The notes under the pieces: generated by a model | What the model was told of the DNA's origin: nothing | Seen by the model: the letters and a program-made list of their open reading frames with translations, nothing else | Databases searched by the model: none | Part shown: in pieces, positions 48,857 to 60,093 of the stretch | Numbering within the stretch: the first letter of the stretch is position 1 | Layout of the letters: the number at the start of each line of letters is the position of its first letter | Position numbers and translations under genes: made by a program | Origin: a virus | Taxonomy: Duplodnaviria; Caudoviricetes | Direction: 5' to 3' (one strand) | Virus record (IMG/VR): IMGVR_UViG_3300014204_000110 | Length of the DNA stretch: 64,000 nt

Positions 48857-50110
48857 ATGGCTACACGACGATCATATATAAATATTGTTGAAGATGGAAG
48901 AACTCGATTAGAACAAAATAGTCCTGTTAATAATTTTAATCAACAAGGAATTTCAAAAGCATTTCTAGATATTCTTGGTGTTGAAGTTGAAAAACAATAT
49001 GATAATCTAGAGTATGTTTATAGGGCAATTGATCCAACAAAAGCTACTGGAAGTGATCTAGAAAAAATAGGATATCTTGTTGGAGAATATAGGACTGAAG
49101 CAGTTACACCATCTGATTATTCTACTACAAACTTTTATTTTTATATCGATCCTAAAATTAATATGAGTTTATCTTCAATGATAAAACGAAGTTATACATA
49201 TGAAGAAAGAAATACTCTTGTTTCTAATGGTTTTTTAACTAATGACATATATGGAGAACCACAAAATTTAATTATACCAATTGATACAGTTGTTCAAAAT
49301 TTTGATGGAACAATATCTTATACAACTATTAATTCTGTTATTTTAAATAATACTGATAGTTATGTTGGAATAATTGCTACAAATACTGGACCAAGTTATA
49401 ATGTAGAAACTAATACACTTATTGCTCATACACTTCATCAAATTCCAGAACTTAGAAAAATTTCACAATATATTAAATGTTCAAATAGATTTCCAATTCA
49501 AAATGGAAAATATTCAATAAATGATGATGAATTAAGATATAAAATTTCTACTTCTAGAAGTTCAATTAGATCAAATGAATTATCAATACGTAGATCAGCA
49601 TTAAGTGTTCCTGGTGTTAGAGATATTCTTTTTGAAAAAAATAAATATGGTGCTGGTACTGTTAATATAATTATTGATGGAGTATCACCACTAATTTCTC
49701 AAGGGCTTATAGATGCTGTTAAAGAAAAAGTTCAACAAGAACAATCATATGGTGATACAATATATGTTAATAGACCAGAATATATTGGAATAGAATTAGA
49801 TATTGGTATTGTAATTACTTTAGGTACTATAGATGAATTAAGTGTTAAACAACTTGTTAAAAGTTCAATTATTCAATATATTAATGATCTTCCTATTGGT
49901 GGAGAAATTATTTGGAATAGAATAATAGATGTTGTAATGGATGTTTCTGGAGTTGAAGATATTGTACCAAGAACATTTAAATTAGGTGAGTACGATATTT
50001 TCCATAAACTTATTAAAAATCAAATAATACTACAATTTCAAAATCAAAAAGCCAGTCTAACACAAAAGTTTTTTTGTGATTATGGACTTTGTAATATATG
50101 TATAGTATAA
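48857..50110 (+). CDS. Baseplate J-like protein
   Basis: ATGSDLEKIG, DDELRYKI, ALSVPGV, GAGTVNIII and YINDLPIG motifs. Confidence 0.85.
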   Translation: MATRRSYINIVEDGRTRLEQNSPVNNFNQQGISKAFLDILGVEVEKQYDNLEYVYRAIDPTKATGSDLEKIGYLVGEYRTEAVTPSDYSTTNFYFYIDPKINMSLSSMIKRSYTYEERNTLVSNGFLTNDIYGEPQNLIIPIDTVVQNFDGTISYTTINSVILNNTDSYVGIIATNTGPSYNVETNTLIAHTLHQIPELRKISQYIKCSNRFPIQNGKYSINDDELRYKISTSRSSIRSNELSIRRSALSVPGVRDILFEKNKYGAGTVNIIIDGVSPLISQGLIDAVKEKVQQEQSYGDTIYVNRPEYIGIELDIGIVITLGTIDELSVKQLVKSSIIQYINDLPIGGEIIWNRIIDVVMDVSGVEDIVPRTFKLGEYDIFHKLIKNQIILQFQNQKASLTQKFFCDYGLCNICIV

Positions 50111-50111
50111 T

Positions 50112-52385
50112 ATGAATACAAAATTACCATCTCAAGCTAAATCAACTGAACGATTACTTAGATCTGTTTTACCAGAACATTTTAAAATGGTATCTGATAA
50201 AAATTCTAATGGATATAAGTATGTTAATCTTTTATATGGTATTGAATGTGATAATATTTTAGATTCTATACGGGAAGTTTATAATGAATCTTTTATTACT
50301 TCTTTTGATTTAAGTAAAGATTATGAATTATATGAAGCTAATTTATCTGGAGTTCCAACTACTTCTTATTTAAATTCAAGTGGATTATTTCCAATTAAAA
50401 TTACAAATGAATATGAATTTTATAATGGTGATCCAACTAGAATCATTCCTAATGGAACTTTAGAACTTCCAATGTATTATTTATCTTATACTGGAGTTCT
50501 TCAAGCAAGTGGTGAATTTAAAAATGGTTTTGATATAGGATTTAATGAACCATGTTGGTCTCAAATATCTGGAATAATTGGATTAGAATATATAAGAAAA
50601 GATATGAGAGGTTCTGGATATTTAATTATAACTTCAGATATAGATCAAACTTCTGGATTTTTTAATAATATGTATCCAGTGTTTTCAATTGATGTTGGAA
50701 ATAATTTAAAAACAAGTGGAGATTTTGTAAATACTTATGGAATATTTAATGGGGTTAAGGAACAAAACTTTTCTGGAAGTTTAACTAATGAAATATTATA
50801 TCCAATAGATTCAAAAACACTTTTAGAAAGATATCCATTATATAGAGAAGTTCTAGATGATAGTGGAATTTTACGTACTATAGATCATTATGAACCGTAT
50901 CATGGATGGACTAAAAATGCTAATGGTCAAATTATTGCTGTAGTTGATTATTCTGGTGAATATTATTATGATAATTCAGGTGAAAAAATATATTATAAGA
51001 CATCATATAATAATCCATATGGATATAATAATTATACAAAAGCTTATTTAGATTTAAAATATATACCAATAAGTGGAACACTTAAAGTTTATGATATAGA
51101 TATTTTAGATACAAGTGGTAATGCAACTGAAATACCTTATAGTGGCAAAAACTTATATTATTATAAATCTCCTAAAATGTTTTTAGGTAATACTTCTGGT
51201 GAATTAGATGCTCAATTTGATCCAATATACCTTGGTTACGAATCAATTGTTCCAAGTGGAATGGGTTTTAGTTCAAATATGGAAGGTTCTGGATGTTCAT
51301 TATATAAAGTTACTACTTGGAATTATTTACATGAAAGTGGTAAATTAGATGAAGGTTCATTAAGTTATATAGATGGTACTGAAAATATTACAAATAGAAT
51401 TAGTTTATCTGGATATCATAGTAGATATATGGTTGAGTATAAATATAAAATATATGATAATGATAGATATGTATCTTCTTTAAATTCAAATGGTTCTATT
51501 TCTTTTCATACACCAAGTCCAATAATTACTAATTATAAAAATAATGATTATGTTTTAATTGATTATGACTTTACTAAAAATCCTGATTATAAAAATGAAA
51601 ATTCTAAAATAATAACTTTTGATGGATTAAAATATAGACCAGGATGTAGAATTAATAAAATATCTTTTGATATTCCATTTCTTTTTAATGAAAATGAAAT
51701 TACTGAAAATTTATATATTAATACAAATAAAGAATATGCAGGATATTCTAATGAATTTATTCCACAATTTAATGATTTAAGATATTATGTTTTAAATTGT
51801 TTATTTTCATCGGACGTGTCTGGAAATTTAATTGAAACTGATTTAACTAATACTGGAAACGATTTGACTTATAGTGGTAATAATAATATATTTAAGATTA
51901 ATTATAATACATTTTTTGGTAAAAAAATTATAAATACTGGTAATGAGTCTTATTTTTATAAAGACAATTATAGTTTTCTTAATATAAATACTTTTTTTAA
52001 ATTTGATTTTAGATTAAATACAATACAAAATGGAAGATTATTAGAAATCTATGATGTTATTACTTCTACATATATATTTTTAGATATAGATCAATCTGGT
52101 AGATTAATTATATATTCTAATAATAAAATATTTTATTCAACAAGTAATTTAATATCAAATTTTAATTATAAAAGTTTAATATTAAAATATTCTCCAGATG
52201 AGTTTTCATCAAGTATACCAACTTTTAAAATATATTTTAAAGATAGTGAGCAACTTGGTTATTCAATTATAAATTTAAGTGAAAGTTCTGATAGTAATAT
52301 TAATTTAATTGATCATACATCATTAAAAGTTTTTAAAAATATGAGTATTGATATTGGTGGTTTTTCTGTATTTTATGAGGATTAA
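50112..52385 (+). CDS. Baseplate wedge or tail structural protein
   Basis: 757 aa after baseplate J; LPEHF N-terminus; Ser-Gly rich. Confidence 0.55.
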   Translation: MNTKLPSQAKSTERLLRSVLPEHFKMVSDKNSNGYKYVNLLYGIECDNILDSIREVYNESFITSFDLSKDYELYEANLSGVPTTSYLNSSGLFPIKITNEYEFYNGDPTRIIPNGTLELPMYYLSYTGVLQASGEFKNGFDIGFNEPCWSQISGIIGLEYIRKDMRGSGYLIITSDIDQTSGFFNNMYPVFSIDVGNNLKTSGDFVNTYGIFNGVKEQNFSGSLTNEILYPIDSKTLLERYPLYREVLDDSGILRTIDHYEPYHGWTKNANGQIIAVVDYSGEYYYDNSGEKIYYKTSYNNPYGYNNYTKAYLDLKYIPISGTLKVYDIDILDTSGNATEIPYSGKNLYYYKSPKMFLGNTSGELDAQFDPIYLGYESIVPSGMGFSSNMEGSGCSLYKVTTWNYLHESGKLDEGSLSYIDGTENITNRISLSGYHSRYMVEYKYKIYDNDRYVSSLNSNGSISFHTPSPIITNYKNNDYVLIDYDFTKNPDYKNENSKIITFDGLKYRPGCRINKISFDIPFLFNENEITENLYINTNKEYAGYSNEFIPQFNDLRYYVLNCLFSSDVSGNLIETDLTNTGNDLTYSGNNNIFKINYNTFFGKKIINTGNESYFYKDNYSFLNINTFFKFDFRLNTIQNGRLLEIYDVITSTYIFLDIDQSGRLIIYSNNKIFYSTSNLISNFNYKSLILKYSPDEFSSSIPTFKIYFKDSEQLGYSIINLSESSDSNINLIDHTSLKVFKNMSIDIGGFSVFYED

Positions 52386-52387
52386 TA

Positions 52388-54472
52388 ATGTTAATTAAAA
52401 ATGTTAAATATGATGGTTCTGGAGATTATACAGATATAACAACTGCTTTCAATGATATGTTAATTAGTGGTGTGGCTGCTACAGGATTAATATCTGATTA
52501 TTTAATGTTAGTTGATGGTGGTACATATAGTGGTACATTAAGTGGTTTTATACCATATAGTGGAAAATTCAATATTATTGGTAGTGGGACATTATTTAAT
52601 TTAACATCATCAATATCTAATATTAGTGGAACTTATCAATCTTATTTTGCATCAAATTTATATATTGAAAATTTTATATTTAATTGTTCTGGAATTAATA
52701 ATTATTCTTTTCAAATTCCATCAGGATTTGGATTAGCATTAAAAAATTCTCAATTTATTAATACTTTTAGTGGAATATATAATTCTGGTGTTGTAGTATT
52801 AGATAACGTATCTAGTTGTGGAATTTCTGGATCAGATATATTTATATATAGTCCTAATGGATTTGAACAAATTATTAATTCAGATATATCTAGATATCAT
52901 ACGGCTATTAATAGTTATAATATTAATATTAAAAATTCGAATATTCATCATAATAATAGTGGAATTTATTGTAATAATTTATTTGATATTTATTTATATA
53001 AAAGTTTATTATATTCAAATATTTGTGATATTAGAATTGGATCTGGTAATTGTTATATAGATAATTCGACTATAAGTGGAAATATATATACTTCTGGAAC
53101 TAGTATTTATGTTAATTCTTCTATTATTAATGGAATAAATAATATTAGTGGAATTGTAACTTCTGGATCTACTTTATACAATTCAAATTTATATAATTCA
53201 AATTTAAATACTTTATTAACAGTTAGTGGAAATAAATATGGTGATCCTAAATTTAATAATATTTCTATTGGAGATTATAGATTAAAATTTAAACAAACTG
53301 AAGGTTCTCAAGCTATAGAAATTAAATCAAATTCTAATTATTCTGATTCAATTAATTTTATAGTTGATCATAGTAAATTACAAATATATGATAGTAATGG
53401 AATATTTACAAATAATGAATTTTTACCATATATATATACTCAAGATTCAAGTATAATATTTAGTGATTATAATAGAGAAATTAAATTTTCTGAATTAAAA
53501 AATTTGTATAAAAAATTATATTATAAATTATATATTAATCTACAATTTGAAGAATATAATATTTTAACAGATTCAACTTTTAATTTAAATCAAAATGAAT
53601 ATGATAAACATCCTTGGGATTGGGATTATAATGAAATTCAAACAACTCAAATAATTGATAATAATATGTATATTATTCCAAGATCTTTTATAGATATTGA
53701 AAATATAATTTTAAATAAAATACCAATATTACCAACTAATATATCATTTTCAAATATAATTAAAGATAATATTAAATGTTATATAGTTCCAGATCTACGT
53801 GGAGTTTCTTATGATTATAGTTTATCTTCTCCTGGAAATACAATTGTTTGGATGATAGATGGATTAAATCAGTCTTTAATTAAAAAAGATGCATATTCTG
53901 ATGAGTATCTAGAAAATTATCCATTACTTTGTTATAATCCTACAAAATCTATAATTAGACCATCTGGATTAATTTATACTGGAGTTGATGGAGATTATTA
54001 TACATTTATTAAATATGATAATCCAAATTTTAAACTTAAAGGTTTAAGTGAACTTGGTGATTTTCAATGGATTGCTACTGATATTAATCAAAATTTTGAT
54101 ATACGAGGAATTAAAGTTTATAAAAATAATTTGTTTATAACTGCTGGAAAGTATCCTATTAATATAACTAATAGATTAATTATTCCAAGTGGTGAGCCAG
54201 TTGGACAATTATTATGGTATAATAATAATGATTTGTTTTTTAATTATATTAAATCTATTGATAATATTAATAATACCACATTAGCTTCTGGAAATTATTA
54301 TCCGACTGATCTTACTTTTTACGAAGATGGTACTTTAATGATAGCTGATTATTATAATCAAAGTGGATTATATAAATATAATCTAGCATATGATTATTGC
54401 ATGATAAATTCTACTTATGATAATGAAACAAAAGTTATTTTAAGAGAATATTATGATAACGTTGAAATATAA
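52388..54472 (+). CDS. Tail-associated protein with a parallel beta-helix N-terminus
   Basis: DGSGDYTDITTA start; Asn/Ile/Ser repeats; GDPKF...DYRL motif. Confidence 0.6.
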   Translation: MLIKNVKYDGSGDYTDITTAFNDMLISGVAATGLISDYLMLVDGGTYSGTLSGFIPYSGKFNIIGSGTLFNLTSSISNISGTYQSYFASNLYIENFIFNCSGINNYSFQIPSGFGLALKNSQFINTFSGIYNSGVVVLDNVSSCGISGSDIFIYSPNGFEQIINSDISRYHTAINSYNINIKNSNIHHNNSGIYCNNLFDIYLYKSLLYSNICDIRIGSGNCYIDNSTISGNIYTSGTSIYVNSSIINGINNISGIVTSGSTLYNSNLYNSNLNTLLTVSGNKYGDPKFNNISIGDYRLKFKQTEGSQAIEIKSNSNYSDSINFIVDHSKLQIYDSNGIFTNNEFLPYIYTQDSSIIFSDYNREIKFSELKNLYKKLYYKLYINLQFEEYNILTDSTFNLNQNEYDKHPWDWDYNEIQTTQIIDNNMYIIPRSFIDIENIILNKIPILPTNISFSNIIKDNIKCYIVPDLRGVSYDYSLSSPGNTIVWMIDGLNQSLIKKDAYSDEYLENYPLLCYNPTKSIIRPSGLIYTGVDGDYYTFIKYDNPNFKLKGLSELGDFQWIATDINQNFDIRGIKVYKNNLFITAGKYPINITNRLIIPSGEPVGQLLWYNNNDLFFNYIKSIDNINNTTLASGNYYPTDLTFYEDGTLMIADYYNQSGLYKYNLAYDYCMINSTYDNETKVILREYYDNVEI

Positions 54473-54484
54473 AAGGAATTAAAT

Positions 54485-55807
54485 ATGTCTTATCCTTATG
54501 ATTTACCTAGTTTAAGTATGTCTACAACATGGATCAGTGGTAACTTCAAGCCTACTGATGTTACTAAAAAAATAATTAATAATTTTACTCCAGTAAATAA
54601 ATTATCTATGACTAATTCTGTTGGTAATGAAATATCTCTTATACAAAATTATATTAATTCTAAATTTTTAGGAAGAGATGAACTTCCTATACAATCAGGA
54701 TATATAACTCAATTAAAATCTAATAGTGGTTATTATTATATTTATAATAGTGGATCTTATGATGTTGATAATAGTATTACTATTAATCCATCTAGTATAA
54801 TATTATATCATGAAGCTCTAGATCCTTATAATATAACTGAAATAATCAGACCAACTGGAGTTTATATTAAAGCCATTAATGGATTTTATGAAACTAATCG
54901 TAGAATAATAGATTTTAATTTAAACAAATTATATATGCATGGTGTAGATCCATCTACATTACCTGAAGGTTCTATTTCATGGGATACTAATTTTATACCA
55001 TATTCAGGATTAAATATTAATAGAACAGATTTAGATATTGATGCTTGTACAAGAATGTTAGATGTAAGTATTAGTGGTATTAAATGGGGTTATACAAGTT
55101 ATGATGGATTAACATCTAATGTTACAAAACTTGATGTAAATTCTAGTGGTAATATTATAGTATTTCCTAGTGGTCAATTTGTAATTAGTTCAGGTGTTCC
55201 TTATGTTGATTGTGGTTTAACAGTAGGTAATATTAATGGTGGTGGTAATGTTTTTATACAAACTAAAAGTGGTGGTGGAGTTTTTATTGGTGGATTAAAT
55301 AATATTGATTCAATAATATCTTATGCAACTAATAGATTATTATTACAATGTGGTTCTTCAGATATTAAATTATATTCAACTGTTCCTAAAGTAGCAATTA
55401 CTGGAGATACAATTATTGATAATCATACTTTAGTTGTTAGTTCAGGTCAAGCATATACAGATTGTGGAATAACTATTGGTAATGATAATTATAGTGGAAA
55501 TATGTTTATAAGAACAAGTGCTGGTGGTGGTATTCTATTAAAAGGTGATAATGGAATGATTGATAGATTACAAACATTTGGTACAAGTACAGTTATAGAA
55601 AATCAAGGTGGCGTAGTTAATGGATCAATAACAATAGATACTAGTCCTGAAAATAGTGGAATTGTATTTGTTACTGGAGATTCAACTATAACTATTCCAG
55701 GATCAGGAACTATAACATTACCAGTAAATGCAACAGATCCTACATCTAGTTATGCTTTAACAAATGCTATTAAAGATGTTTTAATTAAAATTGGATTTTG
55801 TTCATGA
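54485..55807 (+). CDS. Tail fibre-like protein
   Basis: Internal repeat SSG..Y.DCG(L/I)T(V/I)GN...GN.FI.T..GGG occurring twice. Confidence 0.55.
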   Translation: MSYPYDLPSLSMSTTWISGNFKPTDVTKKIINNFTPVNKLSMTNSVGNEISLIQNYINSKFLGRDELPIQSGYITQLKSNSGYYYIYNSGSYDVDNSITINPSSIILYHEALDPYNITEIIRPTGVYIKAINGFYETNRRIIDFNLNKLYMHGVDPSTLPEGSISWDTNFIPYSGLNINRTDLDIDACTRMLDVSISGIKWGYTSYDGLTSNVTKLDVNSSGNIIVFPSGQFVISSGVPYVDCGLTVGNINGGGNVFIQTKSGGGVFIGGLNNIDSIISYATNRLLLQCGSSDIKLYSTVPKVAITGDTIIDNHTLVVSSGQAYTDCGITIGNDNYSGNMFIRTSAGGGILLKGDNGMIDRLQTFGTSTVIENQGGVVNGSITIDTSPENSGIVFVTGDSTITIPGSGTITLPVNATDPTSSYALTNAIKDVLIKIGFCS

Positions 55808-55896
55808 AAAAATTATGTAAAAAATGTAATATCGAAAAAGATCTAATCGATTTTTATACTGATAAATATACAAAATCTGATATTCGTTATGAATAA
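55804..55896 (+). pseudogene. Truncated HNH endonuclease N-terminal remnant (30 aa)
   Basis: MKKLCKKCNIEKDLIDFY resembles MSSKTCKTCNIEKDESEYY of the 19995 endonuclease. Confidence 0.6.
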
Positions 55897-55927
55897 TATT
55901 AAACTTAAAATTAAGAAAATTAAATAA

Positions 55928-57478
55928 ATGAAACCTATTAAGAAACAAGTATGGGATAATATGAGCGTTTTTGCTCTTCTAAATGGTATATCTATTTGGA
56001 ATGAAAATTATCAATCTTTAAAATATGTTAGAAAACCGTATGAAACTAATCTTGATGTTCGTGATAATGTTTTAAAATCTCATGACTATAAAACAGATAT
56101 TACACAACAAGGTTTAATTAATTCTATTTATAATGAATTAGATCTTATTCCATATAATGTATTAAAAAAATCAATATTTTATTTATCTTATAATCCAGTC
56201 CCATCAGGAAATATTGAAGTTCAAGATATATCTGGATTTTATAAAACTTCAAGTGGTACTTGGAATTCTATTGGTCCTCAAATTTGGAGTGATAATTATT
56301 TTATAGCAAAACAAAATAAAATAGGATTTATAGTTTGGGAAGATATTAAATTTAATAATATATCAAATATTAAAAATTATACATATTCTAATGTTGTTGA
56401 AGTTTTTCGTGAATTTAATGATAAAACTGAATTAAAATTTGAATATTACATTCAAGTTAAAGATAGTTATGATAATATTAATTTAATAAGATATACTGAC
56501 ATGAATTGTCAAACCGATAGTAATGATATTAGATATACTTATAGATTTCCTACAGTGTCTGGATTAAATCTAGATGGTGATATATTTTGTTATACATTAG
56601 GTGATATTCCATCTCAAATAAAACATTTGTATATGGATGATAATAATTATCCTACTCAATTATATTATGATCTTAAAAACTATTTAGATAATAAATATAA
56701 ACATAGATGGGATAAAATAACTAATAATTCTTGTATATGGGATATTAATAAAAATTATGGTAGTGGTCAAATTAATAGTTTTTATGATGCTTTAGCTCCA
56801 GAGAATCATTTTAGTAGTTCTATTACACATACTGGATATTATGGAGGAATAGAATCTTTATCTTATAGTCTCCATCAATCAGACTTTTTAGAAATTTCTG
56901 GAAATCAAAGTTGGTATCTAAAACTTTATCCAGGTAAATTTTATATAGATGGTATTCCTTTTTATTATTTTGAAAATCCTCAAGTTTCACAATTAGATCT
57001 AATTTTAAGTGGTAATCTATATTATTCATCTATACCTAGTGGATTATCTCGTGGAATGTATACAATAGCTTCAAAAAGTGGATATTATGATACATATTAT
57101 TGTAATAACTCTAGAGATGAATTTTTAAGTGGAGTTTATGAAGATTATTCTTATAGAACTGGTTTTGATGGAAATAAAAGTTGGGGAGATATATATAGAA
57201 AACGTCCAAATATAAATAATAATATAGGGTTTCAAATAGATCTAGATTATGGTCAATATAAAATAGATTTTGATAATAATTTAATATATTTTAATTTACC
57301 TAATATTACTGATTATAATAAGGTTACTTTTGTTTGGGATAATCTTTTAGTTCCTAGTGGATCTATACTATATTATGATTTAAATCCTCTTAATGAACAA
57401 AATTTAAGTTTAGAGAAATTTTTTATGTACTTATCTCTAGTTCCAAATAAATATTATAATAGTTATTTAAGACCATGA
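55928..57478 (+). CDS. Tail/baseplate structural protein
   Basis: 516-aa ORF in the tail module. Confidence 0.55.
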   Translation: MKPIKKQVWDNMSVFALLNGISIWNENYQSLKYVRKPYETNLDVRDNVLKSHDYKTDITQQGLINSIYNELDLIPYNVLKKSIFYLSYNPVPSGNIEVQDISGFYKTSSGTWNSIGPQIWSDNYFIAKQNKIGFIVWEDIKFNNISNIKNYTYSNVVEVFREFNDKTELKFEYYIQVKDSYDNINLIRYTDMNCQTDSNDIRYTYRFPTVSGLNLDGDIFCYTLGDIPSQIKHLYMDDNNYPTQLYYDLKNYLDNKYKHRWDKITNNSCIWDINKNYGSGQINSFYDALAPENHFSSSITHTGYYGGIESLSYSLHQSDFLEISGNQSWYLKLYPGKFYIDGIPFYYFENPQVSQLDLILSGNLYYSSIPSGLSRGMYTIASKSGYYDTYYCNNSRDEFLSGVYEDYSYRTGFDGNKSWGDIYRKRPNINNNIGFQIDLDYGQYKIDFDNNLIYFNLPNITDYNKVTFVWDNLLVPSGSILYYDLNPLNEQNLSLEKFFMYLSLVPNKYYNSYLRP

Positions 57479-57867
57479 TTTCAAATATAATTAGTAATCA
57501 AAGAAGAACTCCATATAGACTTGAATCTAATGATATTATTAATATTAGATTAAATTTATATAATAATAATAAACAATTTTATAATCAAAATATTCAATTA
57601 GAATTTTATTTAAATTATCCAAGTGGATGGAATAAAGTAGCTGATTCAATAAGTACAAAAAATGGTAGTCAAAATTTAAATTGTTCTTGTTTATATATAA
57701 GTAATATATCAAATTGTCTTGGGTATGTAAAAGCTACCATTAATAATAACTCTTATAATTCTAATATAATAAGATTTAATTTTATTTCAAAATATACATA
57801 TAATAATTATATATATAATTTTGAAAATATATTAACAACATATGAAAATAATATTTTTACTTTTTAG
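57475..57867 (+). CDS. Hypothetical protein
   Basis: 130-aa Asn-rich ORF with ATGA overlap. Confidence 0.5.
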   Translation: MISNIISNQRRTPYRLESNDIINIRLNLYNNNKQFYNQNIQLEFYLNYPSGWNKVADSISTKNGSQNLNCSCLYISNISNCLGYVKATINNNSYNSNIIRFNFISKYTYNNYIYNFENILTTYENNIFTF

Positions 57868-57875
57868 GAAATATA

Positions 57876-59276
57876 ATGGCAATTACTACTTATAATTGGG
57901 TTAAAGAAAGTGGTCATTTATATGATAACTTTAATACGTGGGTTACTAATCAAGAAGATAATGAAGTTTCTGTTGCAATAGGTCAAAATATCGTATTAAC
58001 TGGTGATCTTACTATTCCATCTGGAATAAATATTATTGAATTTTATAATGGTGCTGGATTTTATGGTCCATATAATTTAACTATTAGTAGAATGACTGCT
58101 AAACCAAGACATCAAATTTTTAATAGTGGATGTACATGTACTTTTCAAATAGGCGCAATAGATTATCTTTTACCAGAATGGTTTGGAAGTGGAAATGGTA
58201 ATTTATATTTTGGATTAACTAATACTATACCTTCGATTAAAATTCCACTATCTAGAATATATATAGATGGTGGACTTGCTATAGGTGATAATATAAATAC
58301 TGGTAATGGTAATTTATATGTTAATGGTAGTGGAACTTTTGGTGGAAATATACATTTAAATGAATTAAGTACCGTTGATGGTGTTGATATTTCTACATTA
58401 CCAACTTATATAAGTAATACTTCTGGACAACTAGATTCTAGGATAACTTCTAATACTAATAATCTTTCAAATACATCAGGACAATTAAGTACACGAATAG
58501 ATGCTACTGGTTTATATAATTATAATCTAATAAATAATCATAGTAATTTAACAATAACCGCTCATGGTGGTTTAGCATCTGGAAATCATAATCATGGTCT
58601 TGGAACTTCAGGAAAACTTTTAAAATTTGTATCATCATCTGGATATTCAGATAGTATGATTAATGATTCAGGAAATCAAATATATATTGGTTCAACTAAT
58701 AACTATGTTAAATTTAATGAAAATGGATATTTATTAAATGTTGGAAGTGGAAAAGCTTGGAGAGATGAAATTGGATCTGCTATGTCATTACAATCAACTG
58801 GTCCAGGAATTTCTTTAAATATTTCTGGTGGAACAATTGATTATATAAATACATCTAATTATAGTGATTTTGCAACAACTAATGTTCAATTAAATCATGA
58901 TATAGATAGTAATTGTTATATTAGTCCTCATTTGCATTATATTCAATCATCGTCTGGATATCCTAACTGGGTATGTCAATATAGATGGCAAACTAATGGA
59001 CAAGTTAATACTGTTAATTGGTCTGGAATACCTGGAACTGGTATATATTTATATACAACTGGAACTTTAAATCAAATATTTGAATTTAGAGATATATATC
59101 CACCTACTCAATCTGGAATGAGTGATATTGTTCAATTTAGATTAATACGTGATGCAAATAATGCAAGTGGATATTATGGTGGAAGTGATAGTTCTCTTGG
59201 AACTGTAAGTTTTACAAGTTTTGATGTCCATGTTTGTATAGATTCTTTTGGAAGTAGACAAGAATGGATAAAATAG
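57876..59276 (+). CDS. Tail fibre or receptor-binding protein
   Basis: PEWFG, VDGVDIS and repeated SNTSGQL motifs; C-terminal globular domain. Confidence 0.6.
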   Translation: MAITTYNWVKESGHLYDNFNTWVTNQEDNEVSVAIGQNIVLTGDLTIPSGINIIEFYNGAGFYGPYNLTISRMTAKPRHQIFNSGCTCTFQIGAIDYLLPEWFGSGNGNLYFGLTNTIPSIKIPLSRIYIDGGLAIGDNINTGNGNLYVNGSGTFGGNIHLNELSTVDGVDISTLPTYISNTSGQLDSRITSNTNNLSNTSGQLSTRIDATGLYNYNLINNHSNLTITAHGGLASGNHNHGLGTSGKLLKFVSSSGYSDSMINDSGNQIYIGSTNNYVKFNENGYLLNVGSGKAWRDEIGSAMSLQSTGPGISLNISGGTIDYINTSNYSDFATTNVQLNHDIDSNCYISPHLHYIQSSSGYPNWVCQYRWQTNGQVNTVNWSGIPGTGIYLYTTGTLNQIFEFRDIYPPTQSGMSDIVQFRLIRDANNASGYYGGSDSSLGTVSFTSFDVHVCIDSFGSRQEWIK

Positions 59277-59286
59277 GAGAAAATAT

Positions 59287-60066
59287 ATGAATCAAATTAC
59301 TTTAAAATCATCATTCTTTTCATTTTTATCTTATGATGAAAAAAATGTACAAGATAAGATACATAAAACTTTTAAAGATCATAAAACTCATTTTATAAAA
59401 AATGAAGATGGAAGTCACTTTTTTGGTCTTATTATTGATAATATTAATAAAATAGCATATCTTGTTAATCGTGGAACTGATGGTGATAATAATCTTGGAA
59501 ATTTACATTCATGGTTATATGATGCTAATCTTTTTACTGGTAGTGATGGAATGCATAATGGTTTTCAAAAATTAGCTAATAAAGTATTTGATCAATTTAA
59601 AGATATACTTGTTAATTATAAAACAATTGTTTGTTGTGGTCATTCTCAAGGATCTGGTGTTGCTCAAATACTTGCTAAATTATGTTGTGAAAATCTTTCT
59701 AAAGATAAGAAAATTAAATTAATAGTATTTGCTGCGCCACCATCTGGAAATTATACTTTTAAAGAAATTGTTCAAAAATTTATAGATAATGGACAACTTG
59801 AAGTAGAACGATATATTATGCCAGGTGATCCAATAGCATCTAAAAAACTTAGAAATAAAAAAAGTATATTACTTAATGGAGAAGATGTTGGCCCAGATAG
59901 TTGGCTTCCAGATATCATACAGACTAAACTTGGTCCATTTGAAGCAATAAATCATTCATGTAAAGTCTATGTTGTTGGACTTATATTAGAACTTCTTAAA
60001 AGTGATATTGAAACTTTAGAAGACTTAAATTTTCTAGGATGTTTGTTTAGAAATTGTGTTAATTAA
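59287..60066 (+). CDS. Class 3 lipase (alpha/beta hydrolase)
   Basis: RGTD, HNGF, CGHSQGSG nucleophile elbow, GDPI and C-terminal His. Confidence 0.85.
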   Translation: MNQITLKSSFFSFLSYDEKNVQDKIHKTFKDHKTHFIKNEDGSHFFGLIIDNINKIAYLVNRGTDGDNNLGNLHSWLYDANLFTGSDGMHNGFQKLANKVFDQFKDILVNYKTIVCCGHSQGSGVAQILAKLCCENLSKDKKIKLIVFAAPPSGNYTFKEIVQKFIDNGQLEVERYIMPGDPIASKKLRNKKSILLNGEDVGPDSWLPDIIQTKLGPFEAINHSCKVYVVGLILELLKSDIETLEDLNFLGCLFRNCVN

Positions 60067-60093
60067 CTATACTAAAACTGATTGGAGAATTAT

